Assembly (NCBI GenBank): GCA_973895155.1 | Contig: OZ316895.1 | Span: 1,176,435 to 1,240,434, forward strand | Direction of reading: 5' to 3' | DNA length: 64,000 bases | DNA from: Marsupella aquatica | Taxonomy: Eukaryota > Plantae > Marchantiophyta | In this document: positions 14,001-24,448 of the stretch, piece by piece | Layout: each line of letters opens with the position of its first letter | Numbering within the stretch: the first letter of the stretch is position 1 | Notes under the pieces: generated by a model | The model's input: the letters and a program-made list of their open reading frames with translations, nothing else | Databases searched by the model: none | What the model was told of the DNA's origin: nothing | Program-made: the position numbers and the translations under genes

Positions 14001-15411
14001 TGCCCGGCGATGGGGTGGGGGGGTGAACAGACGACCTTAAGGTTCACTACATTTCTAGGAACTGTGCATCTTTCAGCTGATTTTAGCCGCAAGTTCCCTT
14101 GCTTTCCCCTGTTTTTGCTAAGATCCCTCCCACTAATCACATGCATCTTTCAGCTGATTTTAGCCGCAAGTTCCCTTGCTTTCCCCTGCTTTTGCTAAGA
14201 TCCCTCCCCACTAATGACATGCATCCTTTACTTTTCTCGGTGGCCCGTGCGCCTGCCTTCCTACTTTCGTTCTTATGGACTCTCCTTAGGTTTTCATTCA
14301 CCTGGTTTTGGACTTTTTGCTCCGGTGGAATCTGTCTTGACAACTTGTGTTTGTTCTAATTGTTAATATCTCAAGAGGGTCGTCAACTAAGCTGAAAGGA
14401 GTCAAAGCTAACTACAAGCTAGCAAATACAGAGAATGCTCCCAAGTCGAGTCAGGAGGAAGTTACTAAAACTAGACCTTCACAACTCTCGAAACTGGAAA
14501 GTGAAATTCAGCGTGAGACACGTAGCTGAAGGCCACAAGGATAACTATATGGCCACGCTGTCCCCCATTCAAGTCCAAAGTCCTCTTCAGATTGTCTGAA
14601 CTCCTATTGAATGTATTGAATAATTATTTCATCACAGAAATTTTCAGAACAAACACGGAAGCACCAGGGGGCTGAGGATTGGATATTGAGGCTGAAGACA
14701 TTGAGGTCATAAACTAGGTGTGGTTCGGGTGACAATGTTAGCAACTGATGCTTCTTCAGGGGAACTTCCCATGTGCAGTTTATCCACACATGATTGACTT
14801 TGGTTCTTGCTGTTTTTCTTTTGGTGTACTCTTGAGTTTGGTGTCACTCTATCCTTTCCTGTAGCCTCGAAATAGGAACACACCTGCTTAGTGGTCCCCA
14901 ATCGCCCAATGATTTATAATGACTGTGTCTAGGTGATGTATGCATTGCGTGTTCATTCCAGAAGAATGAATATGTACACTTTGCACAAACCTGGACAGAT
15001 TTTGAATGTTATTTATCTGAGTTTCTGTTTGTGAGCTCTGACTTGGAGCCTTAACATTTGTGTTTCTGTGGGGCTGAGCAGAGTTTGTTCCGTCTAGAAG
15101 CTGCTGTACTGAAGTGATCAGCCTCCGGCTTGGAGGTGAATCTTCAATTTTTTGTGGATCCGAGTGACTTCTGTCCAGCTGAGTTTTGCTTTGTCGGGAC
15201 GATTGTGTTTGGCTAAGATGCTAGATTGTGGCTTGTCTTCTTGCTTCCAGCTTGTGTATTTTCAATTAATAGAAGTTGGGAACGAAGTGATAATTGAATT
15301 TCCTTATATTAAGCATCTTCACCTAGAAACTCAATACATAAACTCCAGGATTCCCTCGGGACATAAAATGAGCCAAATTGTCTCAAAATTGGGAACCTGC
15401 ACCCGCACTAC

Positions 15412-15754
15412 TCAAACAATTGTGTTGGGCTTGGTGGCCTTGTAAGTCTTCTTTAGCTTTCGTAATGGAGGTTGAATCTTGCAGTACGTCAAGGGGAACT
15501 TGATCTTTGAATCATGGAACTGCTTGGTACTTTCTCGCTTGCACAGAGAGACAGGGACTGTCGTAGTCTTCATGATCTGGATGCAAGGGAACCGAACTCT
15601 ATGACAAGAAGCCATCTCATCATACATCTGCTCTGCAGCTCCGTTTCTTGTGGTATCACAATATTCCTTGTACATGTTGTGATAACTTGTACGACTCTGA
15701 TACGTGGACCCAAATACCGAAGTTCTTAATTGTGGTGGGCTTCTTTTCAAAGAT
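15412..15754 (-). pseudogene. RPL18a: Captured C-terminal exon of 60S ribosomal protein L18a (eL20), frameshifted
   Basis: [60 protein letters not shown]...[12 protein letters not shown]...YKATKPN matches plant L18a; it begins right after an AG acceptor (taccag|ATC); 1-nt frameshift near 15705. Confidence 0.92.
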
Positions 15755-16762
15755 CTGGTAGACACATTATTCAGCATTTGCTAACTTCGAAACTAGAAGG
15801 GTAACACATTAAACAACAGAGAAACTCACAACATCCTCCTTTGGTCCTTCAGAGTCTGTACTTTGATTCTGAAGTTTGACTGAGTTTTTGTTTACTAAAA
15901 GAATGTGACTGTGTAAGAGTTCCGTTTGGCAGTGGATTGGTTGAAGCACTTCATGCTAGTGTATTGTCCACAGCTCTTCAACCAGCTTTCGTCTTCCTTG
16001 TCTTTCACCACTTACGATGACATCAATTCAGCTAAGACCATAGAAGGTTCCAAAGCATCTAACTTGTAAAATCGCATTCTGTTACATCAAGGACTAAGGT
16101 GTTGGGTGCCAAAGGAGACAGCACAACAAACACGCTGAAAAGACTTCAGGACTGGGTTCAACAAGGTAGTGAAGGTGCTTAGAGCCATAGTAAGTATGCA
16201 TTCTGTATCTTTCTCTGTTGATGTGAGCTTGTGCATAATGGGAGTTGTAGTTGGCAAGAGTTCCAAATATGAATAGATCCAGAAGTATGTGATCATGTAC
16301 TTGCTCTATAAAGTTCTGAAGATATAAGCATTTTCTGTTAGACCAGGCAACTTGGGAGTTGGTAACTGTCACCTGCATCTGAGGGGCTACACCGGGGCAT
16401 CAGTGGAGGTTCACTTGCACAACACGACAACCAGTGAATTTTCTCTCTGCTGCAACCTGCAAGGTGAGACTTTCGGTCTTTCTGGATGAAAAAACAGGAG
16501 TTTAATATGATTGATATACATGTCCGTCGAGAATATGGGTTTATCACCAAGCTCTTTGTCTTAGGAAACTCATAAACTCAGAATCAAATATGTACTATGC
16601 ACGTTTCATGCTATGTGTATACTATGACCTGTAGTTGGAACCAAGACAATGAGTGGGAACTGATTAGTTTAGGTGGTTGCTGTTGGCGAGGCAAGTCGAC
16701 CTCCTGCTCACCTTGCTCATCAAAGGACGTGAACAGAGGACATCACAACGAAAGCAACACTT

Positions 16763-17212
16763 ATGGTGAGGACCCGCAACGCTGAACATGTGCGACTTGC
16801 ACGCAAGGCAGAGATGTTGCGCCTTGAGTATGTCAGACTTGGGATCCTTCCAGCCCAGTCTGCATGGTACTTTGAGTACCCTGTTGTTTCCAGGAACAAC
16901 TACAGCCGGCCTCTACCTGCTTCAGTACCCTTCCCGACATCCTTGGTATTTGTGTCTCTTGTACATGACCCGCCACAAATTAGGTGCCAAAGGTGTGTAC
17001 ACAGTTGCCAATATGACTGTCCTGCCTGTAGGGCTTCTGGCCCAAAATTGGATGACCGTTCTCTTGGATGCCGATTTTTGCACAGAGCACAATGTATCAT
17101 CTGGAACCACTCGCCATCCTGCAGTGTGCCTGGTGATGTCACTTATCCTGCCCTCCCAGACCCCACCACCGATGACTTTGGTGTCTACACATGTTTGGAT
17201 CACATGCTCTAG
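16763..17212 (+). CDS. CACTA-borne Cys/His-rich protein, 149 aa; possible atypical zinc finger
   Basis: Open ATG-to-stop ORF with CQRC-x3-C-x3-CPAC...GCRFLHRAQC...YTCLDH; same strand as the neighbouring cargo ORFs. Confidence 0.5.
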   Translation: MVRTRNAEHVRLARKAEMLRLEYVRLGILPAQSAWYFEYPVVSRNNYSRPLPASVPFPTSLVFVSLVHDPPQIRCQRCVHSCQYDCPACRASGPKLDDRSLGCRFLHRAQCIIWNHSPSCSVPGDVTYPALPDPTTDDFGVYTCLDHML

Positions 17213-17981
17213 AGGACCACTTGTCACACCGCATGCACAGACCAGATACCATTGACCTATAGCTTAACACTATGACTTCAACACAGAGGATATTTACTTA
17301 AAATTTTGATGTATGAGCAATTTTGGGTCCAGGGTTTAGGGTCAACAGTACATAACTTATATCCTATTATGCCTGCACTAAGCAAAATATCCTAATTTAA
17401 GAGGCTAGCAAACTCGCATAAAGTCTCTATTGAAAGACTGCTTTCATGACTGCTTTAACCTGGTGAACATTGCAACGTTGAATGAATGTATGGGCCATGT
17501 GATAATATGCAAAATGATTTATGCCTCACTTATTTGTCTCAGACACTATCATAACCTATTTAGGATGTATAAATTTCAACCCTTATGACACTGCTTCATA
17601 CCAATCCTCTTCGAAGAATGCCTGTTTTACATGTCACGACTATTGTATGTGATTCAAATGCATGAAATGTTGTTGCAGATCTCCTTTGGTGAATCATAGC
17701 CACAATTAAAATTGAGGTGTTGGTGGAGAAATTGTATTAGGGGATCAGTTTTGTGTGTGGGCTCAACATACCAAAAGTATGTGTGCTCTGCATCCTTGTG
17801 TGGCCATTCCAATTCATTGCAGTAGCAAATGCCTTTGTACCTTAAATGCTAAATATATTTTACTTTCTGTGCAGTCTGCTAAATTGTAGAGTCTATCTAA
17901 ATGCCTTTGTACCTTAAATGCTAAATATATTTTACTTTCTGTGCAGTCTGCTAAATTGTAGAGTCTATCTCATGCGCAGGC

Positions 17982-18662
17982 ATGGCACGGCCTAAAATTC
18001 AAGCCAAAAAGCATGTGACAGAGGTGAGAAACACAGGTGTACTTGGGGCAGATGCTACTAACTTCTCTGCAAGTCAGATTTTCCAGAAGGCAGCTCATTG
18101 TTGTGCCATTTGTGACGATGGTGGGGGCCTGGTCATTTGTGAGGGCCCTTGCATGAGGCATTTCCACCTCAACCCGGAGTCTGACCTTGCTGCAGAAAAC
18201 AACTGTCCAGGGGTGGGCCTCCCGTCAACACACCAGGGAGACTGGATGTGCACTGATTGTTTGGAGAAGCAGGCTAAGTGTGCACAGTGTGGGAAGTTGG
18301 GGTCCTATGAGGGCTCTGTTGATGCTGCAGCAAATGTTAGGAAATGTCCAGACCGTTTTTGTGTGAGATTTTTCTGTTTTGAGTGTTTGCTTGCTCATGC
18401 CACAGCTTGCCCACTTCATAGGTGCAAGGCATGTGGTGAGCATGATGATGACTACTGGACTGACATAGTCCACTGTGCTAGGTGTCCCACTATGTGGCAC
18501 TATCATTGCCTGAAAGATCATCAAGCAGAGGGTTATGCTTGTGACAGAGAAATCTATGATCACTCTGCACATGGTGTTGATCGATGGATATTTTATTGTC
18601 ATCGCCATGCCATTGATCCTACCTCGCGCACTCCTGTGAGAGATCACATATCTTGGCTGTGA
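17982..18662 (+). CDS. CACTA-borne stand-alone EDM2/NSD-type composite PHD-finger protein, 226 aa
   Basis: CAICDDGGGLVICEGPCMRHFH...C..C...CAQCGKLGS...CPLHRCKACG...CARCPTMWHYHCL...IFYCHRHAIDPTSRTPVRDHI follows the EDM2 PHD region as recalled (CAICDNGG..CCEG.C.RSFH ... CPLHKC ... CRRCPKSYH ... IYC..HEID....TPVRDH). Confidence 0.88.
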   Translation: MARPKIQAKKHVTEVRNTGVLGADATNFSASQIFQKAAHCCAICDDGGGLVICEGPCMRHFHLNPESDLAAENNCPGVGLPSTHQGDWMCTDCLEKQAKCAQCGKLGSYEGSVDAAANVRKCPDRFCVRFFCFECLLAHATACPLHRCKACGEHDDDYWTDIVHCARCPTMWHYHCLKDHQAEGYACDREIYDHSAHGVDRWIFYCHRHAIDPTSRTPVRDHISWL

Positions 18663-19254
18663 AGCTGAACATTGTACATGCACAGTGCACCTGATGTGGA
18701 TGTACTATTTTTTGAGATTGCAGAGATTCCAATTTTGAAAAGGAGTTGGGTAGGCGAGTTTATATAGGCAGCACTTATCTTGTGCTCTGGCGTCAGTGGC
18801 TGGGTACATGCCTATACAAACTTATCCTTACAAGCCTTCTTGGAAGTATTTAGGCTGAGTGGTCATTTTCATAAACACTTTCATCAGACTGCTAAATTAA
18901 AACAGGACTTCTAAGTTGTAAGCGTATAAATTATCAGGCATGCAATTAATCAAATTGCCCTATAAGTTTGTCATTGAATGTATCCTCCTTTACAACAAAA
19001 TATGTATGTGCCATGACAAGTTGGTTGCACTTCATTTCACCACGGATATGGATTTTGTAGTATATATTCAAACAATGTCCTGCATCCGTGCAGGTGCCTA
19101 GTACGTATTGTTCACATATCCCTTGTACCTATCAAAATCGGACTTGAGCACCAGTGGGCCAGATCAACTCAAAAAGCAGGAATTTTGTTGTCCTTGTATT
19201 GTCAGGTGAACCCATTCTTCCAAAATTCACTGTCATCACGTAGGGTGTGTGTAC

Positions 19255-20127
19255 ATGGAGCCTGGTAAACATAGAAAGTGTGACCACCCAGCAGTGTTTA
19301 CAGGGGTCAGAGCGATTTTGGTCCATGGCCAGCATGGGTTGACCAAAGTGCATTGGCCAACTGTACAGAAACGATTCTCTGAGCTCCATGGCACTGTAGT
19401 TCAGGACATCACTCCAGTGACTACACATGTTGTTGCAGGGACATGGCTATCAGTGATAAAGAAGTGGTCATGGTCCTACATGAATTCTGCAATTACTAAG
19501 CAAGGCCTAAAAGTAGTTGAGGCCTCTTGGATCACAGATTCCATAGCACATAAGATTGTACAGGATACTGAGCAATATGAGTTGTGGGAGGATGAAGAAG
19601 CTACTGCATCAGCTTGGGCTGAACAAGAAGTCTGGGAAGCAAAGGCACGGCTTGCTGATCTCCAATATGGACCTGTACTCAACAAAGGACAGAGCTCTAC
19701 AAGGCTGAAGAGTATGTTGGCTGAGGAGACGAAGCAACCAACCCCCATTCTGAAAGGGCTGAGCATGGTATTTGTGGAGGCGGGAATTGGAGAGGTTAAG
19801 TGCAAAGTGTACAAGTCCACAGTGCTTGACCTAGGTGGGATAGTGGAGGAGAATATAACAGAGGACACCACTCATGTCATTACTAAGTCATATCCCAAAG
19901 CCTGCCGCAAGTTTGGGAAGGGAGACATTCGCTTTTATGTCATGTCCCATAATGTGTTTGTGGTTTCATATGCTTGGCTTGTGGAATCAGTAGCAGCTGG
20001 GAAGCGTCAAAACCCAATGGACTATGATCTTTTTGAGGCCTGGCCACGGAAGGGTCAGGATCCTTACAGAGAGGACTATGAGACAACAAGTGAGGAATGG
20101 GTCATTAGCGATTCTGAATCAGAGTGA
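19255..20127 (+). CDS. CACTA-borne tandem BRCT protein (Pol X/Pol lambda-like BRCTs) with an acidic tail
   Basis: Two repeats: G.VVQDITPVTTHVV...VVEASWITDS...YEL and LGGIVEENITEDTTHVI...VVSYAWLVES...YDL; ATG at 19255; open and intronless. Confidence 0.85.
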   Translation: MEPGKHRKCDHPAVFTGVRAILVHGQHGLTKVHWPTVQKRFSELHGTVVQDITPVTTHVVAGTWLSVIKKWSWSYMNSAITKQGLKVVEASWITDSIAHKIVQDTEQYELWEDEEATASAWAEQEVWEAKARLADLQYGPVLNKGQSSTRLKSMLAEETKQPTPILKGLSMVFVEAGIGEVKCKVYKSTVLDLGGIVEENITEDTTHVITKSYPKACRKFGKGDIRFYVMSHNVFVVSYAWLVESVAAGKRQNPMDYDLFEAWPRKGQDPYREDYETTSEEWVISDSESE

Positions 20128-20560
20128 GGAGTAGTAGCATCAGTTTGGACACAAGTTTTTTTGTATAAATCAGATCATTGAAATAAATGTGATCTTTGAA
20201 CTAATGTACCTTGTTATGGTTGGTGGCAGTTGGGCTTATTTTACTGTTGGCGGATTGTTGTTTCCTGCTGCCTGGGGGTGTCACTATAAACGTACATGCA
20301 GAGGCGGTACATTTGAGGACAGCGGAGGAGGTGGTGACACCCTCCAACATTTAGGAATTTTGTGTCATTCACTTGACAATAGGTACACTACTTGCGAACC
20401 TGTTTTTTTCTTTTGGGGTGGTTTAGGGTTTGTGAGAATTTAGTACACGTTATGTTAACTCTTTTGGCAGATACAGTCAGGGATATATGGAACACAAATA
20501 CCACCATTAGGCATCCTTGTTCACTGCTGTCCATGACTGCAGAGCTCCCAGCCTGTTACA

Positions 20561-23500
20561 ATGCACCCTGGTCACCACCCTCCCCAGACCCAGCCCAGGG
20601 CACAGGCACTGCCTTTACATCATCCCACAAGGATATCACGCCATGATAATAAGCTTTGGCAGCGTGAAAGGTTACGAACCAGACTTTCAGGAGCCAGTAG
20701 GATGAGATGTCCTTGTGCAATCTGCCAAGGATCCCGTACCAGGGGTCTGAATGAGGTTTGGCGGCATATCGCGGTTCATGGAAGAGATCCACGACATCGA
20801 GTTTGGAATGATCCTACAGAGGAAGATTCTTCCGACGAGGAGTGGAGGTTAGAATTTGATGCTGCCAATGCTGCAAGACGGGCAAGTGAGGTTCTGCCTG
20901 GTGCATTTGAAAATGTTGTAGCTGGTCTCTGTGGGTTGTCAGCTCTCCAACGGGATGGTGCTCAGGCAGCACCACGTGACGAAGGAATTCATGTGGAAGA
21001 GATGGTGAGAGACATCTTCCAAGACTTGGATGCATTTCATGATGGGCTGGACAATGAAGAGGATACGGCTGCAGATGCAAGTGTGCCCCCTGTCGAAGAG
21101 CCTCTTGATGAGTTTGAGATAGGGCAGGAAACCCCTGGGCATGATGGGATGTTTGGCTCTCCCCTGCAAATACAGGAAGGCAGGAAGTCTTTGTACCCCG
21201 GTAGCAAATGTTCTAAACTGGGATTTGTCATCATGTTCCTGAACATTTGCGGCAACCACAATGTCCCCAACGTTTTGGTTTCTGAGTTGTTGGCATTCTT
21301 GCGAACAACTGTGCTACCAGATGGTAATATTTTGCCCAAGAACATGTACGAGGCAAAAAGATGCATATCTAATCTTGGATTGAACTATGATTCAATCCAT
21401 GCCTGTCCTGATGGGCATGTTCTTTTCAGAAAGGAGTATAAAGAATCGTTGACATGCCCTAAGTGTGGGAAGCACAGGTATCGGAACTCAGGAAAGTCTA
21501 TGGTTCCCGCCAAGGTACTTCGTCATTTTCCACTCATTCCCAGACTTCAGCGGATGTTCAGAAGCCGTGCCATCTCGGAGATGATGACTTGGGCAACTGA
21601 CAAGAAAAGTGATGATGGGCTACAACGACATGCTGCAGATTCAAGGCAATGGAAACTCATAGATGAGATGTATCCCGAATTTGCTGCTGAGCCGAGGAAT
21701 GTCAGACTTGGGCTGTCATTGGATGGGGTAAACCCATTTGGAGACAAGAACAACAAATTTTCGTGCTGGCCTGTAACTATTTTGAATTATAACCTTCCTC
21801 CTTGGATGACTACAAAGCAATTTTTTGTTCTGATGGTCCTACTGATACCAGGGCCAGACAGTGCTGTATCTGCCAACATAGATGTGTTTCTGGCTCCCCT
21901 AGTGGAGGAATTGAGAAAGCTTTGGGAGGAAGGAGTTCTCACATATGATGTCCTACAGAGGCTTGGGAGGTTAAACCCATTCATCCTTAGAGCCATTGTC
22001 ATTCTGACTATAGCTGACTACCCAGCCCATGGGATGATATCAGGCCAAACAACAAAAGGATATTGTGCTTGTACTATCTGTGGGCGCAATGTCACCAGTG
22101 AGTACTCCAGAGCCCTGCAGAAAGTGATATACATGGGCCATCGTCGTTTTCTGAAGGCAGATCACCCTTACAGAGAAAGACAGGCACTGATTGCACACTT
22201 TGGCAATGAGATTGAGCAACGTGGACCCCCGGCACGAGTGACCAAAGAGGAGATCAGGCAGTGGGGAGCACTGAGGGATGACTATATCAAACGAGGGGGC
22301 AGGGAAGATGGAGTGAGTGATCCAATAAAGCGATATGGTGTAAAAAGACTGAGCATATTGGACTTGGAGCTCAAGTACTGGAGGGTAAGCCTCTTGGAGT
22401 TGATGCTAATTGGGATACATGTTTTGGTTCAGAGCATGTGCATTCATTTCGAAGAGAGAGACTAAACTTGAGGCATTTCCTGACGCTTTTGCATTGCAAC
22501 GATGCAGGAGTTTGAGCCAAGCAAACATAACATTGATGTTATGCACATTGAAAAGAATATTTGTGAGAGTCTACTCAGATTCTTGTGTGGAGAGAAAGAC
22601 ACTGGTTCAGTGAGATTGGATCTTGAACAGAGGGGAATGAAACCCCATCTTTGGTTGAGGCCACATGCCCACAGAGCTGATGTGCTCTTGAAGTACCAAG
22701 CGCCCTATGTTCTGACAGACACAGAGTGGGAACTATTTGTGCAGAGGTTGAGTTCTGTGAAGGTTCCTTCAAACTATGGCAGTGCTTTCAAGAAGCATAT
22801 CATGACTAGAAAGCTTGGTAGTATGAAAAGCCATGACTACCATATGTTGATGCAACAGGTGTTGCCTTTATGCCTGAGGGGCCTGTTGCAGAAGCCTGTT
22901 CGTACTGTGATCATGCGACTCAGTGATGTGTTTCGTCGTATTTGTGTGAAGGTTTGGGATGAAACACACTTCCCACAACTGACAGAAGATGTCGCTCAGG
23001 TGCTGTGTGACCTGGAGATTTATTTTCCTCCCGCATTTTTTGATGTCATGACCCACCTACTTGTCCATGTTGTGGAAGAGGTACACCAATTTGGGCCTGT
23101 GAGTGCTCGTTGGTTGTACCCTTTGGAACGGTACATGAAGCTACTCAAAGGTCACGTGAGAACATATTACAAACCTGAAGCAAGCATGGCTAAAGGTTAC
23201 ATCAAGGATGAGACTCTGGGATTTCTGACCGAATACATAGCACAATATGAGCATGTGAAGACCAGGGTGTGGAATTCTGATGAGGAGGAAGGGGTGATAG
23301 GTGAAGTACTGGAAGGGGCTGCAACCACAAAGAACCTGACCATATCTATGAGAGACTTGGCACATGACTTTGTATTGCACAACACTGTGGTGATGGAACC
23401 CTGGATACAGTGAGTGCATACATGTGCTATAATCCAGTTCATGAGCTTAAATGTTGTGTTCGTGTGGTTTTCTCCTTCAGCCTGTTCATGTTTACCCAAG

Positions 23501-24292
23501 CTAATGCTGTGTGGTTGTTCGTTCAGGGGGTATGAGTCATTGAAGGCGGCCCATCCCACTGCAGGAACAACTTTTCCAGGTTTCATGGAGTGGATCAGAG
23601 TGGCAATTAGAGAGCATCACGAGACCCACCCAGACATGGATGCAGATGTTTACCTACTGTCTAATGCCCCTAGCCTGAAAGTAAAGACTTACAAACGGAT
23701 GAGAGCATATGGGAATCACTTCCGAGTGAAGGATGGTGACAGTGCCTACAGGGTGACGAATGACTGCGGGCTCATCACAGTATTTGAGCAACAGAGCCAC
23801 AATCACGACAGGGCCTGGATGGAGATGGGATATGTGGGAGAATTAGTTGACATATGGGCTCTGGACTATGGGGCGGTGTCCAGTCCTGTGATTCTTATGA
23901 AAGGTTCATGGGTGCGGTAGGATTGGCTTGGTAACAGGGCTACCATGAAGAGAGACAACGACGGTTTCTTGCTGGCCAATTTCAGAGGGAAATTGCCCGA
24001 ATGGTCTGAGCCATTTGTGTTTCCTAGTCAGGTGGAGCAAGCTTTCTTCCTGGATGTGGAAGACTCCCCAGGTTGGCGTGTAGTGTGTCATAAACAGGCC
24101 AGGCAACGTCGGATGGAAGGATCAAACCTTGAGTTTCATTTACACTCTCATAGTGCCTTTGATCGTCGGCGTTCAGACCAAGTGCCTGTAGTTCATGATA
24201 GCGGGGACTTCATTCCTGTGACAAGGGTAGATGCATTTGCTGAAGGAGGCGAATTCAGAGATGCAGATGCCAACAGTGTGCCTGTGCCATGA
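20561..24292 (+). pseudogene. CACTA TnpD/Tnp2-type transposase; exons 20561-22384, 22508-23409, 23527-24292; one in-frame TAG at 23918-23920; upstream exons possible
   Basis: RCPCAIC...H...HG; IHACP..H.LF; RHAADSRQW; RNVRLGLSLDGVNPF; ADYPA; HNIDVMHIEKN; MKSHDYH; FPPAFFDVMTHL; WLYPLERYM; EPFVFPSQVEQ. The GT-AG introns 22385-22507 and 23410-23526 join in frame. Confidence 0.93.
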
Positions 24293-24448
24293 GTAATGTG
24301 AATTGTTTGCATGGACATTAGTGAGGGGAAGGATGTGTAATAAAGTAATTCTGAAGCAACACAGATGTATGGATGGATGCCTGGTGATTGTGGTTGCATT
24401 GTGTTATATGGGGTGACCATAGATGACATGTTTTTGTGGTCCAGTAGG

